DNA of 64,000 nucleotides from contig CAKQLP010000004.1 in assembly GCA_934254675.1 (NCBI GenBank), forward strand, positions 67,713-131,712. Reading direction: 5' to 3'. Below the pieces are notes generated by a model, which saw only the letters and a list, made by a program, of their open reading frames with translations, was not told the origin of the DNA and searched no databases. The DNA comes from an uncultured Alphaproteobacteria bacterium. Lineage in GTDB: Bacteria; Pseudomonadota; Alphaproteobacteria; RF32; CAG-239. The stretch's first letter is position 1. The number at the start of each line of letters is the position of its first letter. Position numbers and translations under genes: made by a program. Below, one piece after another: positions 27,916-37,797 of the stretch.

Positions 27916-29738
27916 TTTTTAATATCCTTTACTAACCCTTTTAACAAACCCGAAGCTTGGTTTCCCAAATCTTTCACCGCGTCTTTAGTATCGACCAAAG
28001 ATTTTGAAACGACTTCTTTTGTATCAGAATATGTCTTAGCCGCATCATTTTTTACACCACTATCAGCTCCTTTGAAATGATTTGCATACGATGTCCCTTG
28101 CAAAGCCGTATAGCATGGAGAAGAATCCGCGCTTAAGAGCATATCTCCGGCGTTATAAAGTCCGCCTGTGGCAATAATTCCAACCACGGTTTTTGCTGTC
28201 TGCGTTTTATTTAAGCCAACACTTGGTTTTGACATTGTTCCTGAAATTTTTAGCAAAGAACCCAATACAGAAGAAACATTCGTATCTGTTATACGACCAG
28301 AAAAAGGCTGTAAATCTAAATCAAGTTTTTCTGTATAAAGATTTGCACTACCATCAGCAACAACATAAAAATCATTAGCATCTACAACAATTCCTTTCGG
28401 AAATTCCGCAATACCTTTTTTAATATCACTGCGAACAACAGCACAATTTAAATTCATATCTTTATTAACAATATTCAGTTTAAGATTATTCAAAATTTGA
28501 ACAATAATATTGCCTTGTAAACGTTCCAAACTCTTAATATTCATAACAGACGGATCTATTATCGCCACAATTTGACCATCCATATTGGCTAAATATTGGT
28601 TTGTATCAACGCCAGAAGTTGTTAGTTTAATGTTAAAATCTGTTTTTCCGCCGTTTTTAACATATAAAACATCATTGTTGGAATTTGCAAAATTTTTATT
28701 CAATTTTTGTAAAATAATGCCATTACCTGTTAAATTAACAGTGGCAGATTTTGAATTGGCATTTAATGATGCGTTCCCTTTGACATCACCATCACCCATA
28801 TTAATATTATTTATATCAGCTTTAAATACACCGTTTTTAACAGCTAAATTTATCAAAACATTCGTTAAATTCATTTCAGGTGTTATATTTACAGATTTAA
28901 TATTAGCATCAATATCGGCATTCACTGATTTTAAAACATCATATGGAATAGGGGTATTTTTAATTAATTCATTCGCCTGAGCTTCTGAAATTAACCAGCT
29001 GTTTTCTGCTTTTTTACTTTCACTGAACTCATAAACATTTAAGTTATCACTATTAGCCGTCAGTTTTAAATATGGCGTTTTATCCACTAAATTAACAGAA
29101 ACATCACCATTAATCTTATTTGATTTATAAGCCAATTCATAAGAACCGCCGGAAGTCAATCCTTTCATTATATTTTTGACGCTTCCATCAAAATTTAAAA
29201 CATATCCCAAAGCATTTACTTCCAGCTTGGCATCAACATCATTATATTCAGAATTTTGAATTGATTTAAATGAAGATGTTGTTCCTTTACCCGTAATCTG
29301 AACACCGGAAACAATCGTATCAAAACTTAAATTAATCGGCGCATCAAAACTATCCATGCCCACAACAAAATCTTTAATTTCAACACTATCCTTATTGCTG
29401 TAAAAAACATTTGTTTCAGATGTTTTAATTTTATCAACAACAATTTCCTTTTTTAAAAGAGGAAGTAAAGAAAATTGAACCTGTGCTTGACCGATTTGTG
29501 CCACTTGCTGATTATTTTCGGCTTGAACAATTGAAACATCATTCAATTCAATACTCGGTTTTAAAGAAACTCCTATTTTCAAGTCACCTTTGATTTTAAC
29601 AATCATGTTGGTATATTTCAAAGCCAAAGCTTCTATTTGCGGTTTATAATTGTTGAAATTAGCGAATTTTAAAAATGCTACCAAACCAATTATAGGAATT
29701 AAGATTATCAACAATAAAATTACAAAAAATTTCTTCAT
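27912..29738 (-). CDS. AsmA-family outer-membrane biogenesis protein.
   Basis: N-terminal TM anchor MKKFFVILLLIILIPIIGLVAF, followed by a long beta-rich periplasmic region. Family assignment is by architecture. Confidence 0.45.
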   Translation of the reverse strand: MKKFFVILLLIILIPIIGLVAFLKFANFNNYKPQIEALALKYTNMIVKIKGDLKIGVSLKPSIELNDVSIVQAENNQQVAQIGQAQVQFSLLPLLKKEIVVDKIKTSETNVFYSNKDSVEIKDFVVGMDSFDAPINLSFDTIVSGVQITGKGTTSSFKSIQNSEYNDVDAKLEVNALGYVLNFDGSVKNIMKGLTSGGSYELAYKSNKINGDVSVNLVDKTPYLKLTANSDNLNVYEFSESKKAENSWLISEAQANELIKNTPIPYDVLKSVNADIDANIKSVNITPEMNLTNVLINLAVKNGVFKADINNINMGDGDVKGNASLNANSKSATVNLTGNGIILQKLNKNFANSNNDVLYVKNGGKTDFNIKLTTSGVDTNQYLANMDGQIVAIIDPSVMNIKSLERLQGNIIVQILNNLKLNIVNKDMNLNCAVVRSDIKKGIAEFPKGIVVDANDFYVVADGSANLYTEKLDLDLQPFSGRITDTNVSSVLGSLLKISGTMSKPSVGLNKTQTAKTVVGIIATGGLYNAGDMLLSADSSPCYTALQGTSYANHFKGADSGVKNDAAKTYSDTKEVVSKSLVDTKDAVKDLGNQASGLLKGLVKDIKK

Positions 29739-30664
29739 TTTTTATACTCCAATCCAAAAAAATCACAAGTTTCCTTATAATATCTAGGCAATTCAGCGCA
29801 AATTACCATATTTTTACCATAAATTTTTGATAAATCTATTTTATATGCGTGTAAATATAATTTATCCGCAACCTCTTTTAAACGGACACGTTCCAAACCA
29901 TAATATTTATTATCACCAAAAATTGGGCAGCCTATCGCCTCTAAATGAGCTCTGATTTGATGAGTACGGCCGGTTTGCGGAAAAGCCTCGAGCAAAGCAT
30001 ATCTTTTGCCGGCGTTATCTATAACGTTATAAGTGGTTAAAGCTTTTTTACCGCCTTTCACAACTTCCATTTTTTCACCGACTTTTTCCAAAGGAAGATT
30101 AATTTCACCGCTTAATTGTTGCGGACAACCACGCACTAAAGCCAAATACGTTTTTTGTAAACTGTGTTCGCGAAAAGCTTTGGTTAAAATATCGGCCGAC
30201 TTACGATTACGCGCCAACAACAAAATACCGCTGGTTTCTTTATCAATACGATGTACAAGTTTCGGTTTTTCATTATTCTCGAATTTCAAAGCCTCTAAAA
30301 ACCCGTCTATATGACGAGTGGTATTGGTTCCACCTTGCACAGCCAAGCCGGAAGGCTTGTTAAGCGCAATAATATCTTTATCTTTGTAAATAACCAAAGA
30401 CATAATATAATCTGTGTCGTTCTTACTGATATTCTCTGCTGTTTTAACAGCTTTTTCATTATCTAGCGGTGGTATTCTTAACTCTTGCCCTGTTAACAAT
30501 CTGGTAGATGCATCCGCGCGCTTACCATCAACTTTGATTTGCTTAGTACGCAACAGTTTTTGTAAACGTCCTAAACTTAAAGACGGATATTCTCTCAAAA
30601 ACCAACGATTTAATCTGATTCCATCATCTTCAGCTTTTATTTTAACAATTGTTACACCTGACAT
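29735..30664 (-). CDS. rluC: 23S rRNA pseudouridine synthase (RluC/RluD family).
   Basis: S4 domain at the N-terminus, then the catalytic HRIDKETSGILLLA motif. Confidence 0.8.
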   Translation of the reverse strand: MSGVTIVKIKAEDDGIRLNRWFLREYPSLSLGRLQKLLRTKQIKVDGKRADASTRLLTGQELRIPPLDNEKAVKTAENISKNDTDYIMSLVIYKDKDIIALNKPSGLAVQGGTNTTRHIDGFLEALKFENNEKPKLVHRIDKETSGILLLARNRKSADILTKAFREHSLQKTYLALVRGCPQQLSGEINLPLEKVGEKMEVVKGGKKALTTYNVIDNAGKRYALLEAFPQTGRTHQIRAHLEAIGCPIFGDNKYYGLERVRLKEVADKLYLHAYKIDLSKIYGKNMVICAELPRYYKETCDFFGLEYKK

Positions 30665-30712
30665 TATCTTCTACCTTTTTTATGTTAATTTTTCCTATTA
30701 TCATAAAGATAA

Positions 30713-32032
30713 TCAATCATTTTTTTCTTTCATTTTGGCTTGTTTTTCTTTACGCAGCTTATCAAAATATTCTATACGCTTTTTAATTTCCCGTTCAAAA
30801 CCGCGCTCAACCGGATTATAAAATTTAGCGCGGCTCATACCATCTGGAAAATAATTTTGACCGGAAAATCCGTCTTCCAAATCTTGGTCGTAAATATATC
30901 CATCTTTATATCCCAAACTTTTCATCAATTTAGTCGGAGCATTTAAAATATGTTTTGGCGGCATCAATGAACCTGTCTGACGCGCCGCGTCAAATGCTTT
31001 ATGCATCGCTTTATATACACTTGCAGATTTAGGAGCTGTTGCCAAATAGGCTGTTAATTGCATAATAGCCAGTTCTCCTTCCGGTGAACCTAAGCGTTCA
31101 TAAGTTTCACTACACGAAATCGCTTGGCTGACGGCGTTAGGGTCAGCTAAAGAAACATCTTCAACCGAAAATCTTAATAATCGTCTTAAAATATAGCGCG
31201 GGTCTTCGCCGGCTACAAGCATTCTCGCCACCCAATATAAAGCCGCATCAACATCTGAACCGCGCAAAGATTTATGTACGGCAGAAATCAAATTATAATG
31301 TCCGTCGCGACCTTTATCATATATCGGAGCTCGCGAACGAATAATATTCAAAATTTGCTCTTTATTAAAAATTTCTCCATTTTGTGCGTATGACCAAATA
31401 TTTTCAGCAATATTCAAAATATAGCGACCATCCCCATCGGCAATTTCCTTTATAAAATCTCTAGCTTCGTCATCAATCGGTAACTTTTTTCCCTCTTCTT
31501 TTTCGGCACGTTCCAAAAGAATTTCAAAATCATCAGCCGTTAAACGATTCAAAACAAAAACTTGACAACGGGAAAGCAAAGCCGAATTTAGTTCAAACGA
31601 CGGATTTTCAGTGGTTGCGCCAACTAAAATAACCGTACCATCTTCAACATAAGGTAAAAAACCATCTTGCTGAGATTTATTAAAACGATGAATTTCATCT
31701 ACAAAAAGCAAAGTTCCTTTACCTTGGTTAGCCCGACGTTCCTGCGCATATTGAAAAACTCGCTTTAAATCAGCAACACCCGAAAAAACAGCGGAAATTT
31801 GTTCAAAATATAAGTTTGTGTATTCAGCAATCAAGCGCGCTATTGTGGTTTTTCCGCATCCCGGAGGTCCCCACAAAATAAAAGAACTGATTTTACCTGA
31901 TTTTAACATACGCCCCAACGGAGCATTTACACCCACTATTTGATTCTGTCCGACAACTTCTTCAAGTTTTGTCGGGCGAAGCCTATCAGCTAAAGGTCTT
32001 TTAACTCTGTTTGAAAATAAAGTGTCATCCAT
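30713..32032 (-). CDS. rarA: Replication-associated recombination protein A (MgsA/RarA AAA+ ATPase).
   Basis: Walker A GPPGCGKTTIARLIA. 439 aa. RarA C-terminal domain present. Confidence 0.85.
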   Translation of the reverse strand: MDDTLFSNRVKRPLADRLRPTKLEEVVGQNQIVGVNAPLGRMLKSGKISSFILWGPPGCGKTTIARLIAEYTNLYFEQISAVFSGVADLKRVFQYAQERRANQGKGTLLFVDEIHRFNKSQQDGFLPYVEDGTVILVGATTENPSFELNSALLSRCQVFVLNRLTADDFEILLERAEKEEGKKLPIDDEARDFIKEIADGDGRYILNIAENIWSYAQNGEIFNKEQILNIIRSRAPIYDKGRDGHYNLISAVHKSLRGSDVDAALYWVARMLVAGEDPRYILRRLLRFSVEDVSLADPNAVSQAISCSETYERLGSPEGELAIMQLTAYLATAPKSASVYKAMHKAFDAARQTGSLMPPKHILNAPTKLMKSLGYKDGYIYDQDLEDGFSGQNYFPDGMSRAKFYNPVERGFEREIKKRIEYFDKLRKEKQAKMKEKND

Positions 32033-33153
32033 TATCTTTCCCTTGAATTATGATTCTGCATGATAATAGCTTTATTTTCTTTAATTTTTTCACGTATTTG
32101 CTCACGAATTTTTTCTTTTGTATTTCTATTATGTTCTTCTTGACGGCGTTCTAAAACTTCGCGTTTATGCTCTTCAATTGTTTTTCTTAAATCATCAATA
32201 TTGCTTTCTCTTTTTTCAACCTGATGATTCTCTTTTTCTTTACTGAACTTATCCATAATTTTATCATCAGAGTCTTTCTTTTTAAATGAATTAACAATTT
32301 CTTTTCCTTTTTTTCCTAAGGAATTCACATCTAAATCAATTCGTGTCGTATCTAATTCAAAACCTCCGTTTCCACCGGAAAAAAGTTCTTCTAAATCAAT
32401 ACCTTTCATTTTTTGAGCACGTTTTTTATTTTTTGGCGCTAAAAGCTTTTTTAGTTCCAAAGCTGTCGGAACATGACCAATAGCCTGTTCAATCTGCGCC
32501 GGAGAAATAACACATCCGCTCAAATCTAATTCATAAATATTAACACCTGAAAAATCACACCCCGTGAAATCAACTCCTCTTAAATTAACCTGAGTCAAAT
32601 CAATTCTTTTTAAATCTAAAAGTGTTAAATTTAATCTGGTTAAATTCAGTTTATATGGATAATATTTAGCTAAATATTCAATAAGTTCCTGTAAATCTTC
32701 AATAGAAAGATTGTCTAAATCAGCATCCAATAAAATTGCGTCTTGCAAATCAGCATTCTGAAATTTTACACCGTGCATATGCGCACCGGTAAAATTAGTC
32801 CCGATTAACTGAGCTCCGACAAAAACGGCTCCATCCAAATTAGCGCCGGAGAAATCCGCACCGCTTAAATCAGCTCCCGTAAAATTAACGTTCTGCAAAT
32901 TAGCGTTTTTAAAACTGCTTTCTTGCATATTACTGCCGCTAAAGTCAGCATTTTCTAAATTTTCTCCATTAAAGCTTCCACCTTGCAACATTTTGCCTGA
33001 AAAAACAATATCATCAACTATCCGGCCATTTTCTGCTTTTTCGTCATATTTATTAAATTGTTTGGCAATGGCCTGCCATGACTCACTTTTATCCAATACT
33101 TCATCCATATCAGCTTTATGATGTTTTTCATAGTAATTTTTATCGTCGGCCAT
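32032..33153 (-). CDS. Pentapeptide-repeat protein with a Lys/Glu-rich C-terminal tail.
   Basis: Tandem A(D/N)LxG pentapeptides: ADLSGADFSGANLDGAVFVGAQLIGTNFTGAHMHG... Confidence 0.75.
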   Translation of the reverse strand: MADDKNYYEKHHKADMDEVLDKSESWQAIAKQFNKYDEKAENGRIVDDIVFSGKMLQGGSFNGENLENADFSGSNMQESSFKNANLQNVNFTGADLSGADFSGANLDGAVFVGAQLIGTNFTGAHMHGVKFQNADLQDAILLDADLDNLSIEDLQELIEYLAKYYPYKLNLTRLNLTLLDLKRIDLTQVNLRGVDFTGCDFSGVNIYELDLSGCVISPAQIEQAIGHVPTALELKKLLAPKNKKRAQKMKGIDLEELFSGGNGGFELDTTRIDLDVNSLGKKGKEIVNSFKKKDSDDKIMDKFSKEKENHQVEKRESNIDDLRKTIEEHKREVLERRQEEHNRNTKEKIREQIREKIKENKAIIMQNHNSRER

Positions 33154-33217
33154 TATTTCAATCTTTCACTTAAAAAAACAGTGTTATTATAACGCTTTTT
33201 TCTAAATTTTACAATTG

Positions 33218-34522
33218 CTATTTATCTTTTTTTATACAAAACCAAACAATAATCAAACTAGGCAAACTTAAAAAACCTGAAAATATAAAAAATATTTTCC
33301 AAGACACATATTGCGCTAAAATTCCGCTTGTTGACGCAAATATATCTCTTGATAAACTTATAACAGAGGATAAAAGAGCATATTGCGTTGCCGTATAAAG
33401 TTTATTACATAGCGAAGAAATATATGCCACCAGTGCTGTTGTTGCCAATCCTGAAGAAAAATTTTCTAGTGTAATAATTGTTATGAACAACGGCATATTG
33501 TGTCCGTAACTGGCTTGCACCGCAAACAAAAATGTTGTTAAACATTGGGTTATCCCAAATAATAACAAACTATTTTTCATTCCGATTTTCATAACAATCA
33601 AACCACCGGTTAATCCACCTAAAATGGCCGCAATCATTCCGTATATTTTAATAACAGAAGCTATTTCAGCTTTGGAAAAACCTAAATCTACATAAAAAGG
33701 AAAGCTCATTGGCGCAAAATAAGCATTGCTTAAACGATATGTAAAAATAAACAATAAAATCCAATACCAATAACGCCGTTTGGCAAAATCCTTAAAAGGA
33801 TTAACAATCGAATTTTTAAAAAATGCAACACTATCCTTAAGTTTAAATTCATATTTTTTATAGGAATATTTTTGAGGCTCGCTTGCTAATAAAACAGCTA
33901 TAAAACCAACAAGCAACCCACAAGCCATAACTAAATATACCTCATTCCAGCTAATAACGGATGCTAAATAAATTGCTCCTGCTCCGGAAAATATTAAACC
34001 CAACCGATAACCTAAAACATATATAGCCACGCCTGACGCTTGTTTTTCCGGTTCATTTTCAAAACTTTCAACACGATATGCGTCTAAAATAATATCTTGC
34101 GATGCTGATAAAAAACTGGCAATAAAAGCATACATAGCCATATGCAAGGTATGTTTTTCAGGATGAGTAAAAGCCATTGCCGTTAATGATAAAAACAACA
34201 ACGTTTGAATCAAAACAGCCCAAGAACGTCGGCGCCCCATTTTATATAAATACGGAATTTTTATATTATCAATTAAAGGAGACCAAGCCCATTTTAATGA
34301 ATATGGTATCTTCACCAATGAAAATGCGCCAATCAGCGAATAAGATATATCTAAATCTTTAAGCCAAAAACTAAGTGTTCCAAACACCAATAAAAAAGGA
34401 AAACCGCTGGTAAATCCTAAAGCCAGCAATATCATCATGCGTTTATTTATGTATGTTTGATATATATAATTCATATATCTAAGCATTTTTTTGACTTTCA
34501 TAATCTTGCAACCATAAGGCAT
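33218..34522 (-). CDS. ampG: AmpG-family MFS muropeptide permease (start uncertain; probably an internal Met).
   Basis: 12-TM MFS protein. LALGFTSGFPFLLVFGTLSFWLKD resembles the AmpG N-terminus. Confidence 0.55.
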   Translation of the reverse strand: MPYGCKIMKVKKMLRYMNYIYQTYINKRMMILLALGFTSGFPFLLVFGTLSFWLKDLDISYSLIGAFSLVKIPYSLKWAWSPLIDNIKIPYLYKMGRRRSWAVLIQTLLFLSLTAMAFTHPEKHTLHMAMYAFIASFLSASQDIILDAYRVESFENEPEKQASGVAIYVLGYRLGLIFSGAGAIYLASVISWNEVYLVMACGLLVGFIAVLLASEPQKYSYKKYEFKLKDSVAFFKNSIVNPFKDFAKRRYWYWILLFIFTYRLSNAYFAPMSFPFYVDLGFSKAEIASVIKIYGMIAAILGGLTGGLIVMKIGMKNSLLLFGITQCLTTFLFAVQASYGHNMPLFITIITLENFSSGLATTALVAYISSLCNKLYTATQYALLSSVISLSRDIFASTSGILAQYVSWKIFFIFSGFLSLPSLIIVWFCIKKDK

Positions 34523-35192
34523 TTTTTATTTTTTTATTCAAAAAATCAATATGTTCCTGTTGTTCTTCCGGTGATAAGCTAAAGGTTCTTTTTTGAACAT
34601 TTTGAGCCATAAAACCAATTGTTTCATTATGTTTTTGCGCTGTTTCTGCTGAAGCTTTTACAAAATTGATACTAGGTTCATCCCCTCCTAAAAGCTGTAA
34701 ATAAACTTCTGCTAACAGTTGCGCATCCAGTAAAGCGCCGTGATATGTACGCGCCGAGTTATCAATATTGAAACGACGACACAGTGCGTCCAAATTATTA
34801 CGCGCCCCAGGAAATTCATTTTTAGCAATAGCCAGAGTATCAACAACTCTATCCCAGTCATACGTTTGAAAACCGCATTTTTTAAGTTCAAAGTTAATAA
34901 ATTTTAAATCAAACGCCGCATTGTGAGCCACTAATATCCCGTCTTCACCGATAAAATCAACCCATGACTGTGCAATATCTCTAAAAATCGGTTTATCTTT
35001 TAAAAATTCATTATCCAAACCATGAATTTTAACAACTTCTTCAGGAACATCTCTTTCCGGATTAATATATTCATGATAAATTTTTCCGGTTGGAACATGA
35101 TTAATTAATTCAACCGCACCTATTTCAACCAATTTATCACCGGTTTCAGGTTCAAACCCTGTTGTTTCCGTATCAAAACATATCTCACGCAT
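34479..35192 (-). CDS. dnaQ: DNA polymerase III epsilon subunit (3-prime to 5-prime exonuclease).
   Basis: Exo I motif FDTETTG, Exo II HNAAFD and Exo III YHGALLD. Confidence 0.8.
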   Translation of the reverse strand: MREICFDTETTGFEPETGDKLVEIGAVELINHVPTGKIYHEYINPERDVPEEVVKIHGLDNEFLKDKPIFRDIAQSWVDFIGEDGILVAHNAAFDLKFINFELKKCGFQTYDWDRVVDTLAIAKNEFPGARNNLDALCRRFNIDNSARTYHGALLDAQLLAEVYLQLLGGDEPSINFVKASAETAQKHNETIGFMAQNVQKRTFSLSPEEQQEHIDFLNKKIKNALWLQDYESQKNA

Positions 35193-35769
35193 TTGTTAAC
35201 TCTTCAATAATTTTAATCAATTCAATTTTCAATATATTTTCTTTTTTATCAGTATTTATAACAACATCGGAATATTGCTTTTTCAGACTATTATCCATTT
35301 GAATAGACACAATTTTATCAAAATCTTCAGCACTAATGCGGTCGCGCTTCATCACACGCATCTTTTGAACAGATTTATCGACATCGGCCAAAATAACAGC
35401 CTGACAATAATTATTCCACTTCATTTCAAACAGAAGCGCCGCATCAAAAAAGAAAATTTTATCTTTTTGCGCGTTTTTATGAATAATTTTTAATAATTTC
35501 TTTTTTAAAAACGGATGAATAATTTTTTCCAACCGCTTTAGTTCTGAATTGTTATTAAAAACTAAATTTCTTAATTTTCGTTTATTAAAATGTTCATTGT
35601 CAAAAGCTTCTGGAAAATTTTGTTTAATTACATCCAAAAATTCAGGACGATAATACAAATATTTTACCCATTTATCCGCGTCGTAAACAACATATCCAAG
35701 CTTTCTTATAATATCAGATAAAAAAGTTTTGCCACAACCAATGGAACCTGTAATTGCAATAATTTTCAT
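35185..35769 (-). CDS. coaE: Dephospho-CoA kinase.
   Basis: MKIIAITGSIGCGKT P-loop. 194 aa. Confidence 0.8.
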   Translation of the reverse strand: MKIIAITGSIGCGKTFLSDIIRKLGYVVYDADKWVKYLYYRPEFLDVIKQNFPEAFDNEHFNKRKLRNLVFNNNSELKRLEKIIHPFLKKKLLKIIHKNAQKDKIFFFDAALLFEMKWNNYCQAVILADVDKSVQKMRVMKRDRISAEDFDKIVSIQMDNSLKKQYSDVVINTDKKENILKIELIKIIEELTNA

Positions 35770-36208
35770 TTTTTGCCTTATATCAAAATGTTATGAACTT
35801 TATCCACAAACAGCATACAAAATGTGCATAAAATACATGTCACATAAAGTTTTTAACAAATTATTAACTTATTGTAAAAAAATTATACAGACTTATTAAC
35901 ATTTAACAAAAATTAAGAACATATGTGGAAAAAAATATTAACCTTTTTTTAACTTATTGAATCATTAACCTTTTATTAACATTATTAAATAATTTATTAA
36001 TGTTAGCAAACCTGTGGATAGAATCTTATCCACATTATGCGCAAGGATAAATAATAATAACTATATATTTTTTTAAATTTAAAAGGGGAAAAGAATTGTG
36101 TATAAAAACAATTGACATTTAGCTATACATTTAATATAAGCAAAGCAACAAACATTTCAATGTTCTAGTTTCTATTTTTTAACAATCATACAATTTTTTA
36201 AGGTTACA
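35770..36208. promoter_or_regulatory. AT-rich intergenic region with clustered DnaA boxes. Candidate chromosomal origin (oriC) and/or DnaA-controlled rho leader.
   Basis: Perfect TTATCCACA at 35800-35808 and 36027-36035. Inverted near-perfect TGTGGATAG at 36014-36022. TGTGGAAAA variant near 35924. Divergent flanking genes: coaE-dnaQ on minus, rho on plus. Confidence 0.4.
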
Positions 36209-37462
36209 ATGCATTTAAAAGAATTAAAGGAAAAGTCTCCGACGGAGCTATTAACCCAAGCTGAAAATTTGGGTGTGGATGATGCGTCTTCTATGCGTGT
36301 TCAGGATTTGATTTTTGCTATTATGAAAAAATTAGCAGAAGTTGACACAGTTATTTGCGGAGACGGGGTTATAGAAGTTTTACAAGATGGATTTGGTTTT
36401 TTGAGGTCTTCAAAATCAAATTATCTGGCTAGTCCTGATGATATTTACGTTTCTCCGGCACAAGTTAAAAAATATGGGCTGCGAACAGGTGATACGGTAG
36501 AAGGGGAAATTCGTGCTCCTAAGGATAATGAACGTTATTTTGCTTTGACAAAAGTTAATGCCATTAACTTTGATGATCCCGAAAAGTCTAAGTTACGGGT
36601 AAATTTTGATAACTTAACTCCTCTTTATCCTACGGAAAAACTTAATTTTGACATTATTTGCGGCGATAAAGACTATACAACGCGTGTTATTGATTTAATT
36701 GCGCCACAAGGCAAAGGACAGCGCGGTTTAATTGTGGCTCCGCCGCGTACCGGTAAAACGGTGATGCTGCAAAATATTGCTCACGCTATATCCACTAATC
36801 ATCCAGAAGTATATTTGATGGTGTTGTTGATAGATGAACGACCAGAAGAAGTTACAGATATGACACGTTCTGTAAAAGGTGAAGTGATTTCATCAACTTT
36901 TGATGAACCGGCAACACGTCATGTCCAAGTTGCGGAAATGTGTATTGAAAAAGCAAAACGTTTGGTTGAAAATAAAAAAGACGTTGTTATTCTTTTAGAT
37001 TCAATAACCCGTCTGGGAAGGGCTTATAATGCGGTTGTTCCATCATCTGGTAAGGTTCTTACCGGTGGTGTGGATGCCAACGCTCTACAACGTCCTAAAC
37101 GCCTTCTGGGTGCTGCTCGTAATGTTGAAGAAGGTGGTTCTTTGACTATTATTGCCACAGCTTTGATTGATACTGGTTCTCGCATGGATGAAGTTATTTT
37201 TGAAGAGTTTAAAGGTACGGGCAATTCAGAGATTATTTTGGATAGAAAATTAACAGATAAACGTTTATTCCCGACAATTGATATCACTCGTTCCGGTACT
37301 CGTAAAGAAGAAATGTTGGTCGATAGAGCTATACTGACAAAAATGTGGGTGCTTCGTCGTGTGCTAATGCAAATGGGAATGACAGATGGTATGGAATTTT
37401 TATTGGATAAACTTCGGCAAACCAAAAACAATGCTGATTTCTTTCAAAATATGAATTCTTAA
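36209..37462 (+). CDS. rho: Transcription termination factor Rho.
   Basis: 417 aa. N-terminal RNA-binding domain, Walker [12 protein letters not shown]- and R-loops. Confidence 0.9.
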   Translation: MHLKELKEKSPTELLTQAENLGVDDASSMRVQDLIFAIMKKLAEVDTVICGDGVIEVLQDGFGFLRSSKSNYLASPDDIYVSPAQVKKYGLRTGDTVEGEIRAPKDNERYFALTKVNAINFDDPEKSKLRVNFDNLTPLYPTEKLNFDIICGDKDYTTRVIDLIAPQGKGQRGLIVAPPRTGKTVMLQNIAHAISTNHPEVYLMVLLIDERPEEVTDMTRSVKGEVISSTFDEPATRHVQVAEMCIEKAKRLVENKKDVVILLDSITRLGRAYNAVVPSSGKVLTGGVDANALQRPKRLLGAARNVEEGGSLTIIATALIDTGSRMDEVIFEEFKGTGNSEIILDRKLTDKRLFPTIDITRSGTRKEEMLVDRAILTKMWVLRRVLMQMGMTDGMEFLLDKLRQTKNNADFFQNMNS

Positions 37463-37491
37463 TAATTTGGTTTATTTAACAAATATTTGTT

Positions 37492-37524
37492 CCGGTTGCT
37501 TGAAATAAAAGCAGCCGGTTATTA
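37492..37524 (+). terminator. Hairpin downstream of rho.
   Basis: CCGGTTGCTTG-AAATAA-AAGCAGCCGG followed by a T-rich stretch. Confidence 0.45.
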
Positions 37525-37551
37525 ATATAAAATAATTTTAAAAAATTTTTC

Positions 37552-37581
37552 TTGCTTATTTTAATGGTGCCAAGTTATAAT
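37552..37581 (+). promoter_or_regulatory. Near-consensus sigma-70 promoter TTGCTT-N18-TATAAT.
   Basis: -35 at 37552-37557 and -10 at 37576-37581. Drives the non-coding region described next. Confidence 0.4.
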
Positions 37582-37588
37582 GTTTATG

Positions 37589-37774
37589 CATTAAATGCAG
37601 GGCGTCAGAAACCCTTTTCAATAGGAGTCATTGCATAGTGACTTGATTTATATGCCGATTTCTGCTTAGAGCGGATGTCGGCTAAATAAGGTTATGTGCT
37701 GAATAAGCCGAGCCGTTTCCTATTGTACGGTTTCTGAACATCCGCCCGCTTTTTTTACAGCGGGTTTTGTTTTT
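37589..37774 (+). ncRNA. Candidate roughly 185-nt small RNA (6S-like size and end-to-end pairing). Identity is unproven.
   Basis: No ORF. Bounded by the promoter above and a CCCGC-T7-ACAGCGGG-TTTTGTTTTT terminator. The 5-prime GCAGGGCGTCAGAAACC can pair with the 3-prime GGTTTCTGAACATCCGCCCGC. Internal hairpin GCCGA...TCGGC. Confidence 0.3.
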
Positions 37775-37797
37775 ATATAAAAACGGAGTTTAGAAAT

